Origin: Bispira polyomma
Lineage: Eukaryota
Direction of reading: 5' to 3'
DNA: 64,000 nucleotides
NCBI GenBank assembly: GCA_965649765.1
Contig: OZ287748.1
Coordinates: 94,240,001-94,304,000 of the forward strand
Made by a program: the position numbers and the translations under genes
Part shown: one piece after another, positions 1 to 12,100 of the stretch
How positions within the stretch are numbered: position 1 is the stretch's first letter
How the letters are laid out: every line of letters starts with the position of its first letter
Notes under the pieces: generated by a model
The model's database searches: none
What the model saw: the letters and a program-made list of their open reading frames with translations, nothing else
Told to the model about the DNA's origin: nothing

Positions 1-143
1 TTCAGACTTTTGTCTTAACATAGTCTTAGCTAAGCCTCCTTTCGTGAATACCACTTAAGCCCAAAACTTAGCTGAGACAAAAGTCTTAGATTTGAGCCTG
101 AAGTTTTGGCTAAGTCTAAGACCTTTTGTGAATACGGCCCCAG
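1..143. mobile_element. Right end of a MITE (family with GGCCGTATTCACAAA-type terminal inverted repeats)
   Basis: Ends in TTTTGTGAATACGGCCCCAG. Related termini occur at 2455/2689, about 8285-8303, about 36685-36843 and about 49585-49612. Confidence 0.6.
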
Positions 144-599
144 TGGAAAAAAAATAGCCAGAACTAATTAAAATGAAGAGGTTTCCATATTACTATCCAA
201 ACTTAGCTATATTTCAAAAGAGGTTTTATCATTCTTTCCTACATAATATCTGGGAACATTTTGGTCCATTTAAGTCTTGTACATGAACAACCACTGAAGG
301 AAGGGACATATTTCTAGTTCTACTACATTGTTTACTCTAGTGGCAAAAAATGTACATTGTATATTCTACTACTATCTATGCTTTGACAAGTCTTGTTTTC
401 ATAGATATGTAAACAGTTGAATATGTCAAAATGATAATGCCTACTTGTGCATCAACAAGAAATTATCCTGTTCAGAAAATATCAATACGGCTATTATAGT
501 AATTGGTTTCCATATTTTTGTGTGTATTCTTACTTTGATTCTGATAAAAATACATGGAATTTCAAATTAACTCAATGTAAGAAAACTGAGAAGTGCAAA

Positions 600-1050
600 A
601 TGTCTCAAAAGGTCATGATGTGAACAAGGTCATTTTTGCATCATCTGCTTGCTTTGTACAGATTTCATTCAAATTTGGTTTGTGGATGGACTTTGGCCTT
701 GAGACAATGTTCAAGTTACCTTAAATTAAGGATGATAAACAAATAGGATCAACTTTAAGGTGATTATTTTGCTGACAATTAGTCAAAATATATTTCGTGG
801 ATTTAATTCAAATTTGGATAGATTTGAGCCTAGAGAGGAACCCTATTTTAAGATAACCTTAAAGTCACAATAATAATAATTTTAAAAAATCTCATTTTAA
901 GGGGACCTTAAACTCTCAACAATAATAATAAAAAAACTTTTTTATAAGTTGACCTAAACTCCCAATAATAAGGAAATAACAGCGACTTTATGGTCATAAA
1001 ATTGACTGGCACCTTGGCCAAAGTATGCGCTCTACTGAGTGCCCTTCTAC
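600..1050 (+). mobile_element. Degraded interspersed repeat, HINE-like 3' end
   Basis: The end motif TTGGCCAAAGTATGCGCTCTACTGAGTGCCCTTCTA recurs reverse-complemented at about 41963-41992 and directly at about 42548-42588. The left boundary is uncertain. Confidence 0.4.
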
Positions 1051-2454
1051 GTCAAATATAATTTTATTGATTTGCAGAAAGTGATGGTACTGATCTGTAT
1101 AATGTTACAAAACTTTGTTGTAAATGAAATCATTTAGGAATGTAAATATTCATTCGGAAATATGAAATAGGACAGTATTTGTGGTTGTGAATGTGGTGTC
1201 CATATGCCCTTAATGTGTTAGGGTAGAAGATATGTCATTATTTGACACTATTTGTAGTCCTGATAGTAAGAAATATGCCCATATTAATTGCAGTGCTTTT
1301 CAATGTTTAGCCTTCAGCATTAGGTGACAGATATCAAGAATCATTTTAGCCTTACCTAACTCCACTTTTCAATACAATAATGAATTAGGTAAACTTGTTC
1401 CTACTTACAATCTAAGGAAGTCACTGAATTAGTTATCACTATTGACAGATTTCACTGAAATGGTGAATTTTCACCATGAAAGGTCATCAGCAAAACTAGC
1501 TTTTCTGTTTAAGTCCAAGTTAAAAATGTCTCTTATAAAGTAATTCTGCCTATTGTGAATATACCTTGCAACATCAAGTGAGCGTTTGTGTAAGAAAAGT
1601 CAGCCGAAAGCAAGGTTAGTTGTAGCTATGGTTACATTTAGTTTATTGTGTGTGAAAACAGTAACCTTGGAGATTTACTGTCAGATGTTATGTCCCCTAT
1701 GCCAGAATGCATTCTTCATAAAGGTGTTAGGTTATCAAAGTCAGTGTTTTCTAAAGGACACACCTGGTTACTATTCTCTGGGCAGGTTGTGTCAATCCAA
1801 TATTATAAAAGATTTTAGTGTGCATCTAATGCAAGAAGACATTGGTTTTTACCTAAATTATCAATCAAATTTTCTCTTTTTTTTTTTCTTCTACTGTCAT
1901 AGGAACCTTAATTTTATTATACAAGTGCTCATAATTCTAACCAAGTAATAATTCTGTAAAATATAATATTTATTTTTATTAAAGGACAGAAATAATGTTA
2001 GAAAGTAGACATTACTTCAACAATATGGTATGGAAGATTATTTTTTAGATCTGAAAGTCTGCATATATAGCATACTTGTATTTGAAAATATTCACCTTGA
2101 AAATCCACAAGTGTGCCAGATGCACATGATTTGCATGACTTGAGAATTTATTAGATATATTTCATCCAGGTCAAGTTTGGCCAGGGACCAATATTGCAAA
2201 GAAATAATTGTTACAATATGTACTATTTTTGTAGACTTTACTGTAATAATATTGCATGGTTTCATTGTCAACAGCAGATCTTTAGTAAGGGTATTTTCTC
2301 TGACATTTAGATTTGTTTTAATGTCAACTAGAAACAAATTAGACAGAAAAGGCTCAGTAATACTGCAAAAAGGGATTTGTTAATGTCAAGACTATTTATT
2401 TAACTGTTGTATTAAACATGAAACTATTAAATTCTTTGTATTTTGTACATTATT

Positions 2455-2689
2455 AGCCATATTCTCGAAATAAACTCACATTTAAACTGAGACACAACTT
2501 TATCGAAGGCTATGTGTGGAAGTCCTTGTATGTGGAGACAACCTGTACTTGTGACCATTCATTTTAGACTAGCTTTCAGTGATGAATTTAAATATACACT
2601 TAGATTTTACTTAACTTTACTCTAGCCAGAGATATGGCGACTTTAAATTTAAGTAGGAGATGAGCTTGAGATCTTTCGTGAATATGGCT
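2455..2689. mobile_element. MITE, complete copy
   Basis: 16-bp TIRs AGCCATATTCTCGAAA / TTTCGTGAATATGGCT with one mismatch; same TIR family as 1-143. Confidence 0.65.
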
Positions 2690-5254
2690 GTATGTATATT
2701 ATGTATATTCTATTAAAGATTAATATTGTCATTTACAATGTTGACTATTTGTTAATTTATAAGCAAAGAAATGGTTTTATTCAAAATAAAAAAAAGTTAT
2801 TAAATTTATACCCCTGAAATTTGTAAAAATTAGTACGCCTAGCATGTTGATCTTCATTTCTTTGAAGTTTGAAATATTCTGTTCAAACACTGTATTTCGA
2901 GTACACATATAGATTATTTTTCATAAACATTTGAAAGGTATTCAGATACTTCTAGATTTGGTCACAATTGGTGTAAGTCCTCTTTTCAGAATAAATACTA
3001 ACACTGAAGCAAATGGTTTGTTAACTCAAGTACGATTTATATTTCCAGTAAGTTCATGTACAAAGGATACATTTCTACTTTAATCCCTGAAAAGATTATA
3101 TTTACTACTATAGAGAGGAGGGGGGGGGGGGGGGGTCATTGAGTGGTTTAAATCTTGTAAGTTTGGTACATAGAAATATGGTTTATAATGAATGAAGGTA
3201 CAGTGTATTATTGTGTTATAATTGTTACAGAGGGTAAATTGTGAGATTTTTTGAAGCGCACGTTAAATACAGCGTTAAGGGGGCTATGAGCCAGTCCGGA
3301 AATTAGTCAATGTATTTTAATAAAGTCTATTGATAAACTACACTTATGACAGTAGCATATAAAAACATTACTTTATTTTATGAATATATTAAAAGAGTAT
3401 TTGTTTTAAATATGAAACCAAAACAAAAACCAGATTCTTAGTTTTTACGTAATCTTGAAGTTTCAGTTGCAAGAAGGCATAGGATACTTATGAAGCCCTT
3501 TTGATAGTTAGTAAATCTATTTAAACCGAAAAAAAATAGATTTTAGGCTAAGTTTTCGTACTTTACAGTAGTTACAACAATTGTTTGGCACTGCAGTCTT
3601 TTCCCTTTGACAATATGGGGATAGATGTTCAGTTTGCTGTGAAAGGTTTTCATGCACACACATAACACCGCATACAAACGGCACAAATTATCATTATTTT
3701 TTTTTTTAATCTTTCCATCTTACTTTGTAGTTTGTGTCTGTGACATGCAAACACGTTTATATTAAGTAGTATTACAGAAAATACTCTGAGAGCAAATGTT
3801 TGTGATGCAGTGAAGGGGAAAGAGAAGCAGATATCAAAGAATTGTTTAAATTGCAAGGACTTGGTTTCATATGACAACCCCCTCTAGTAGCCTCTACATT
3901 TAGATAATTTACCATTTTATGAAAAAAAAAACATGATCTCGCACAGAAAGGGAGTTTATGGGAGAAAACAAACTGAATAGAAAATAGTAAGTGATAATGG
4001 GAGCCCATTTAAGTTATAGGAGTGATATCAATGCATGTTTGTGACCTAAGGTGCTGTGATGTCACAGTTTAAGATGTTTTGTGGCGTTTACAGGGTAAAA
4101 AGGATATAGGAGACAGATTCTCTGGCTATTAATTTGGCTAATATTAATATAATATAACAGAGTATTAAGTATCATTAATATGTGACTGAATAATGAAGAA
4201 ATATCTGCAAAACAAACTACATGTGGACAAAAAGACATTTTAATTGGTACCATTGGCATAGATAGTACTTTGACAGATGTGTGCTATAACAATGCATTTG
4301 AATTCTCAATGAAATGAGAGATATTTATATAAATAGTTAGACGTACCAAACGTGCTTAGCGGAGAAAGAGTTTATAAAGGTTTTTTAACAATATTTGTTT
4401 GAAATTTATCCATTTTATATTAGCATGGACATACCGTGTTCCTTCAGTATTATAAAAAATATTATTTATGTTTTGTATGCAACTTTCAAAATTATCGTGA
4501 ATTTGATAGCTTATATTGTGTATAAAAGATGAGATAAAATATGAAAGGCCTATTCAGAATTTTTGAAGAAGAGAACTGAGTCATGAAACTTCTTTTAAAT
4601 TGGATATGTGACTTGTTTTATAAAGCCATTTTGAATAGTCATCAGGTGAACACGTTATATTTGATGATTATTTAAAAGTCAAAAAAAATGTGAATAACTG
4701 GATATATAATATGTTTGGGACAACAAGGGGAAAAAGAGTATAACTCTATGATGGATGGCAACTGTTAACTGGGCAAGAACCTTCAACAATCAAAGGAAAA
4801 ATAGAATGTCAGGCTTAATGGAGTATTTATCTTAATATAGGCTTTGATTAGCTAAAATATATCTGCAGTATGCTGCACATCTATGCATCTTATATGTGGA
4901 CATTTTGAAAGAAGATGCACTGTATTTAAATATGGCAGTCCAGATGCGAAGAATTTTTTAAAACTAACTGCTGTTTTCAAATGATATACATGAATTTGTT
5001 TTAAGACCATCTTGTCATTTTTGCTATTTTTTGCAAACAGAAAGCATGTTTCAGCTGCTTGAAATGAATTAAATGAAGACATTCTTGTTGTCGGAATCCA
5101 GAAGAGAATCTTTTATAAAAATAATAGGTGAGAACCCTCCAGAATTTTTAATTGGGCCCCCTAAAATATTAAATGTGGCTAACGCTGGACTTCTGAAAAT
5201 TAAAAGCTACACAGATCACTACATCAGGGAGTATTTCTTTGTTACTAGGAACTA

Positions 5255-5505
5255 ACTTACTACAACCTAGTACAATCTGTCCCAGGATATAGGACTATGC
5301 ACTAACCTGGTACAATCTAGTGCAAGCTATCCCAGCATACCTTTCGGAGTGTTACTTTGGATATAGGACTATGAACTAACCTATTAGTACAACCTAGTGC
5401 AAGCTATCCCAGCATGCCTTTCGGTATGTTACTTTGGATATAGGACTTGAACTAACCTACTAGTACAACCTAGTTCAAGCTCTCCCAGCATGCCTTACGG
5501 TGGAG
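5255..5505. repeat. Tandem repeat, about 75-bp unit, about 3 copies
   Basis: GGATATAGGACT...ACTAACC...GTACAA.CTAGT.CAAGCT.TCCCAGCAT recurs at 5285, 5359 and 5436. Confidence 0.85.
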
Positions 5506-5594
5506 TGTCGGTGTTCGAGAGGGGAGCACCTGCTTACGTTACCAGACCAAGGGGAAAGTCTGTGGATCTGTTCAGGTCCAAGTTTGAAAAAGAG
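5490..5594 (+). CDS. Candidate alternative first coding exon A (MPYGGVSVFERGAPAYVTRPRGKSVDLFRSKFEKE)
   Basis: 35 codons from an ATG to a GAG|GTAATT donor, phase 0; GC-richer than the flanks; in-frame stop upstream at 5448-5450. Confidence 0.35.
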
Positions 5595-6694
5595 GTAATT
5601 TGTTTTTCATATATAACAGATCATAGTATTGATACTGGCCAATTGTTTTGGGGTGGTTGCATTCATGGACGCATCAAATGGTGTTTTTAGCATGATCCGT
5701 CATTAAGAGAGGTTGGTTTCGTATAACTAATAATATTAAGGGGGACCTTGGTTTATGGTCTGGCCTGAACTTGTCATTGGCGTTATGACCTTGACCTTTT
5801 GAAAGTCTTACCTTGTCTATGTTGTGGAGAGACCTCAGAAATTGATTTAAAATTAGTAAAAGTGTATGTAACCTTGCATAAGGAAGTGTAAACTTGGAAT
5901 GTGATGGATTGACCTCTGTTTGGCTTTTTGTAATTATTCCTAAAATTATGTTCAGCTGTGAAAGAATAGAAGGCATTGCATTTTATGAATAGGTATCTTG
6001 CACGTATTAACCTTGAAAGTTGATCTGAGACAAATATGTGAATAATATGTGAGGGAATGTATTCCTCATTTAAATGCTATAGAACATTTCTATTTGTTGT
6101 AAAATAGTTTGTCTAACTCTTTTTCTTTTTCAAACAAGGAACTAAACAAGACTATTGAATATTGTTTGTGTCCTCTACTGATTCCAAGGTAAACTTTTGT
6201 GTATGAAATTTGTATTTTTATATTTTACAAAGAGATACAGGTTACAAACATATCCAACATGAAGCAATGTATTACAGATGACTTTTTTGTCCAAATTGAT
6301 GTTATTGCCTAAACGTGTTGTGCTGCCTGTTAATGTGTCCCCTGCCCATAAATACATAGAACGGCAGAAATGTGTGGAAAAAAACAGACCACCAAACGGT
6401 GTCAGATGCATATTTAGTATTAATGGGGCAGCTTGCTTGCCATGTATCTGAAAAGAGAATTTAACTGTTCTATACACAAGTGCCAAATGGCCCCAGTAAG
6501 TGATTGATAAGTCATTATAGAATTGGTTATTTCAGTATGGGCAAATTGGTAAACATAAACATTGTGCAAGTTCATTGTAAAATTACTACATAAACTTCAG
6601 CAGTAATAAGAGTGTGTGTTTGTATACCACCGTGCTACATGTAATTTACTAACACTGGTGTCTTACTTGTAATACAAGATGCATCTAAATAAGT

Positions 6695-6946
6695 GAATTT
6701 GAATTGGGATATTTAACGTCCACTCTAGTACCTGTTTAGGTTATATTGGGACGGGTAGTTGGAAACGCTGGAGAAAACACTGCATACAGTTTATCAAGGT
6801 TCTGCACTGAAACCAGTGGCCCACAGTAAGGAACTACTACCTTTCCCAGATAGGCATCGACAGGACTCGAACTCACGCCGCCCAGAGGTGAGAGACCAGT
6901 GATTGTGAAGCGCAATGTTTGCTAACCACTAGGCCACCGCAGCCCC
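6695..6946 (-). mobile_element. tRNA-derived SINE, family 1, full length
   Basis: Minus strand has A box TGGCCTAGTGG and B box GTTCGAGTCC. 14-bp TSD GCATC(T/A)AAATAAGT at 6681-6694 and 6947-6960. Homologous to 61621-61878. Confidence 0.9.
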
Positions 6947-7400
6947 GCATCAAAATAAGTAAGGACTTTCTAAATTTACATTATGAAGCATTTTGCAATT
7001 TGTCTAAGTTATTCTTTAAAGTTAACCTCTGTCAACCCCTTTCAGTTGCCCAAAATGTGTGTTCAAATTGTTGTTTCCTATCAAGACATGGAAAGTGAAT
7101 ACAAAAGTTTTTTGTTCACCCATCTAGGAAACAAATTTACACTTTTAGTCAGGGGGTACTTCAATATTAATGCTGAAAACAGATAGTGCATCCAAAATAT
7201 TTACTGTTAACATGGGATTTTCATGTTCTAGACACATTTAAGATTAAAAAAAAAAAAGAAGTTTTGTTGGGAGGTTAATCGTAGTGTTAAGAACAAAGTT
7301 GACACTAAACAAATATCTTTTCTAACTATCCACAGGACTAAGACCAAAAGCTTAACATTTCAACAAAAATTAAAAACCAAAATCTTAAGCCTAAGACAAA

Positions 7401-8267
7401 TGGCCAGGTCACACTGGGCTTACATTTTGATTACGCACCCAAAAAAGTAAAACTGAGTAGAAACGTAGAAGAACCTACATATTTGTGTAATGAATGTATG
7501 CTTGCATAGGTCATAAATCTATCATTTCAAGCAGCATGAAAATATGTTACGTTTAAGACTTTTTTGGCAATCTCCACTGAAACGTTTCTTGCATTGAGGG
7601 ATAATGTATGGCATGTCTTACATGTCATCACTGCATATATGGACGTAAAAGACAGATATAAGACGTACTATGCATCTAAAACATCATCAAAACGTACCAT
7701 AAATGTCAAAGATGTAAGTGAAGCAAATACAATAATGTATTTGAAACTTGGCAAACGAGATGAAAATGTAATGAAATGCATAATGGAACGTATCCAAGCG
7801 TATTAAAAAAAGTGACAAACGTCACAAACGTAGTTGAAATGGCTGCCAAAACGTGATGAATAATTGAATAAAAGTCTTTTTTACGTTTCGCCATTGTCAC
7901 ATTTATATTTACTTGCTTGCCATGTATCTGAAAAGAGAATTTAACTGTTCTATACACAAGTGCCAAATGGCCCCAGTAAGTGATGACTGTAGAGGAGCCG
8001 AAAATAGTAGAGAGGCTAAGGTGGAAAAGCCTTGCCGAATGGGTAGATTTTGTAGAAATTAATTTTTAAGTGAGGCATTGCTGTATTAGCGTACATTGAA
8101 TGTGTGTATGTTATTTATATTATTCCCTTAATTGCCACTAGGGAGGCAAAGCTTTGGCAACAAGTACATTAAGGGAATAATATAAATAAAGCCTTAAGGC
8201 TTACACTTTATCAAATACTGTCAAAGGGCGCCATTGTAAACCCAAACGTTCAAGTGTGACCGAGCCA
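7401..8267. mobile_element. Non-autonomous TIR DNA transposon (PIF/Harbinger-like), nested in an older MITE
   Basis: Termini TGGCCAGGTCACACT ... AGTGTGACCGAGCCA; flanks AAA/TAA may be a decayed 3-bp TSD. The flanking CTAAGAC...TTTTTGTGCATACGG sequence matches the MITE family at 1-143. Confidence 0.6.
7912..8189. other. Chain of four locally templated insertions
   Basis: 7912-7984 = 6432-6504 (direct); 7983-8132 = reverse complement of 10734-10883; 8136-8167 = reverse complement of 9640-9671; 8166-8189 = 10732-10755 (direct). Confidence 0.92.
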
Positions 8268-8689
8268 TAAGTTAAGACTAAGACCTTTTTGTGCATACGG
8301 TCCACTGGTTCTTGGGGTTCTCCTTAAATGTGTTCAGATGTAGTCGGAATTTCATTTTTACATCAGATGACATTATGTCACATGATTTCATAGAGAGATG
8401 ATTCAGAGGTAAGCTTGTTTTTTAGTTTTTAGTATTGGCAGATGTATTTACCGGTAAATAAAAACTAGGCCTATTTAAAAAGACAAACCAAGCGACATTG
8501 ATTTCTCTTGGGACAGAATTAAAACATAGAAAAACTGATTGACGCTGGAAGTGCATTGTAGTGTGACAAGTTTCTTTACACTCTTGTTAATCTTTAATGA
8601 ACTCTTTTTTTACAACAAAAGCATTAGTTTTGATCAGGCACAGCTTGATGTTGTTTTCTGTCTGAAAAGGGTGCCGCCATGTTAGAAAT

Positions 8690-8761
8690 AATATGGAAGG
8701 CGCCTAAGAATCTCCTATTATGGAGAGCTTAAGCGCTATAAAAGTTAGATTAGATTAGATT
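8690..8761 (+). mobile_element. Extreme 3' end of an L2-like LINE with (TTAGA)n tail
   Basis: TTAAGCGCTATAAAAGTTAGATTAGATTAGATT. Related ends occur at 9762-9790, where it follows an L2 ORF2 remnant, and at 53415-53455. Confidence 0.6.
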
Positions 8762-9020
8762 CATGGACTGGTTGGAAGCGATCAACCCGTCCAAACTGAG
8801 GGGTGTCAGATTTGCCTGAGTATATATATTGGCCATATCAAAGTTAGTCTATTTCACACTCTGTGCCTGTGTCTTTTTTAAAAGACAACTCTTGTATTTA
8901 CACTACGATAGTACAAATTTTTTATTCTTGTTTTCTTTCTTACAAAATTGCTCCAGCAACCAAGATTATAAAATTACTGAATTTTTTTTAATTTGCCAGT
9001 TTTTACTACACAGCTATTAA

Positions 9021-9304
9021 CCTCTTGATAAGCTTGTCTGTCGACCAGTAGCCTACAGACGTTTCCATTCGCCAGTGTCATGTTCCTCGGCCAGCAGTCG
9101 ACGGTATATAATATCCTCATATTAGCTCCCTCAGCAAACAGGAATATGATTTATGTGGTGCAGTGCTTTCATCATAAAATTAAATGTATGTTTTATTTGT
9201 GGGGTAATGAGTATTAGCAAAAGTGTCATCTGTGACGTCATGGAAGTGGGTCAAACTTTTATCATTCAGTATACTAAAATTACTTGCTATCAGTGACGAA
9301 GGGG
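9021..9304. mobile_element. TTAA-flanked MITE (piggyBac-like)
   Basis: TTAA|CCTCTT ... AAGGGG|TTAA; an inverted homologue lies at 22855-23137. Confidence 0.65.
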
Positions 9305-9519
9305 TTAATGACTACCACTGGCATTTCTGTTGCCTTGTCCTTTTTGAGGCAGCTATTTTGTTTTCTCCAAATCTCTAAGAATATACTGGTCAAGGGAAGA
9401 AATATGGATGGTACACTATTGGTACACTTTTTATCTGAAATTGTGGTCTGACTTTATTTCACCTTTGTCTTCTGCGTATATAATCTGTGAATTTAAACAT
9501 TTTGTCACAATACACATGT

Positions 9520-9790
9520 CAACCTCATTTTGATCATAGTTTCGCCTATAATGCACCAAAACTTTGGAACAGTCTGTCGCAAGAAATTCATGCTGCTCCT
9601 ACCTTGTGTTCCTTCAGAAGTAAACTTACGACATACCAGGTACTTGTTGCCAAAGCTTTGCCTCCCTAGTGACATATTCATTCCGGCATCTCCTGGAATA
9701 CAACCATATTCCGGAAAAGGACGTTGCAAGACTTGAATATGAATATGTAATATTAATGGAGATTAAGCTCTATAAAAGTTTGGTTAGATT
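9520..9790 (+). mobile_element. Degraded L2/CR1-group LINE 3' end
   Basis: Translates to SFAYNAPKLWNSL..EI..APTLCSFRSKLTTY...ALPP*, which parallels the C-terminus of the RT ORF at 50823-52094. A 3' UTR and tail follow. Confidence 0.8.
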
Positions 9791-10557
9791 GCCCACAATA
9801 CATTTCAGGATGGACTTGTTTACAAGAGTTTTATTTGTAGTGCAAGTAGCGGGTAATTATAAGGGGTGTAATATTTTTTATTTTCACTTTTGTGCAGTAT
9901 AATTGTGTGACAGACGACCCCTTGATGTTGGAATGTTTGGTATGTCTGATTCATTCGATTTTCTAAATTTAGTATTTCTGTAATCATACAGGTAATTAGT
10001 ATAACTATAGTAGCCCAGGCAGACCAAAAAGGCACATAAAAGCAGTTCTCCTTGGAAAATACTGAGCATTAAATTTAGTTTCAGACTAAGAATCGTAATT
10101 ATTCCAGCCTTGGAGCCATGGTCTCAAAGTTTGTAACCTGAACACTTAAATCGTATTTTTGTTTTAAATTTTAAATATTAACTTGATCACTTTAAACAAA
10201 TATTTATGTCATGCTAAAGTAAGCAAGAGACTGCAGATGGATTGTTATGTGTATCTCTTTGTCATATTTAGTTGTGTACTTAAGCTACCTGTATGTTTAA
10301 GAGTTTAAATGTGAGCTTCCTCACCTCTTTCAAGCCCAGGCCTGTGTATGCTACAGTGTTAAAGTCTAGTTACAAGTGTTTTTGTCAGCTGTTTGCTGAG
10401 TCAGTTTGTGGCCACTGGTACAGGCTCTATTCACCACTGTGGGTGTTTGTACCGTTTGTTCTCTTCTTGATCTGTAAAATATATGTTAGCCTTGCTTGAG
10501 GCCTATATTTGTTAAAAATGTCAAAAATAAGTTCAAAATATTTGTGATCCCTCATTC

Positions 10558-10680
10558 TCTCTGGACCTAGTTGTTAGGGAGCTGGTTTGCTGGTCAAAAG
10601 GTCCTTGGTTTGATTCCAGGTAAGTTAGTTGCACTGGTGACCAGAAGGCATTCTTGGGCAACACGTTAAAATGCATTAGA
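10558..10680 (+). mobile_element. tRNA-derived SINE, family 2, fragment
   Basis: Decayed A box TGGACCTAGTTG, B box GGTTTGATTCC, then CATTCTTGGGCAA; similar to the copies at 31950 and 42230. Confidence 0.55.
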
Positions 10681-11959
10681 TACTGATGATCAGCGTTATG
10701 TTGTGGGACTCTCCATTGTTGGAAAACAAGCACATTAAGGGAATAATATAAATAACATACACACATTCAATGTACGCTAATACAGCAATGCCTCACTTAA
10801 AAATTAATTTCTACAAAATCTACCCATTCGGCAAGGCTTTTCCACCTTAGCCTCTCTACTATTTTCGGCTCCTCTACAGTCATGAGCCCTGTATGTCCAA
10901 TGGCTATATGAAATTATGAAAATGGTTTTCTTGTCTTATACACATTAGAATCTGCTAGTATGGAGTGTTATAAAAGTAAGATTTGATTAGATTTCTATAT
11001 TAGTATATTATAATATACATATTATTTAAGCCTATAAATACTACATTAGTGAATTGATATGTGACTTCCTGAGACAAGTACAGGGTCTTAGTAAGGCTAT
11101 AAATGAGGTTATACACTGAAGTGTATCCAGTTGCTGTTTGGATTAGAAATCTTCGCCCTTAGTTCATTAATCCTGGCCATGTTATTTCACAGTCTTGTTG
11201 TGTTGTAAGGCTGCTTTATTGAAGATGTTTTTTGGTTTACCTCCGTTCAGGCTAGCACCACTTCTTCTCACAGTGAAATTTTTTGTTCAAAGCCAGTTGA
11301 ATTTTCTTCTATATCAATTCATGAGTCAATTAAAGAGGTTTAAACATTCAGTTGAGTTTAATGTCTCTTTTCATCCTGTTCTGTGTAAAATAATGGCTGA
11401 CAGATCACTAGTGGAGGCAATCAAAGCAGGATAGTTGGTCAAGGTTTTTTGCTCTGTAAACCATCGGCCTTCAGCAAATTAAAACTCACTACTGGAGAGG
11501 GGGGTGGCGAGTGTGTTGCCACTTCACCACTGACCCCCCCCCCCCCCCCCCCCGCCCTCCCGACACACACACACATACACACAGACAGAGCGATCTAGGA
11601 GCAAAGATATAAGAACCACTGTTTGGACATCAGCTATAGAATATTTGTCCAAGCAATACCTGAGACACCCTTTCACTGATGAATGCCTTGGTAAACATAA
11701 AATAATCATCTGTGCATGTGGAAGTCAGTAGTGTCAAGGCCAAATCCCAGTTTGATCTTTGACCAGGGAGTGATGACCTTCGTTGAAAATCTGATTTGAT
11801 ACCAATTCGATGCAAAACAGCATCAGGTATCATGTATGCTTTTGTAACTTATGTGTCAGATTAAGTTTATACACAGCATTTTTTTAAATTTATATTTCAC
11901 TTTAAAGCATTGATATGGCTCCAAGTTGATATTTTGTCTAAGGCACTTGTTCTCAGAGA

Positions 11960-12100
11960 AATAAGGATTGGTCATCATCATAAAGCAATGATGGTGTCAC
12001 ATCTGACATCCAAGAATGTTATCCCTCAGTAAACATCTAGCTGGAGTTAAACCACGGACCTTCTCATCACACCAGAGCAATTCCCTGACCACTAGGCTAC
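11960..12100 (-). mobile_element. tRNA-derived SINE, family 2, fragment
   Basis: GGACCTTCT...CACCAGA.CA..TCCCTGACCACTAGGC is shared with 42490-42530. Confidence 0.55.

Noticed and set aside
1586-1948. 120-aa ORF and the many other 60-130 aa ORFs in the track
   Set aside because: AT-rich composition, frequent non-ATG starts, no motifs and no splice-supported structure; consistent with random ORFs.
3117-3135. Long G or C homopolymers (also about 11534, 47487 and 53300)
   Set aside because: Simple slippage tracts with no associated structure; their lengths are also error-prone in assemblies.
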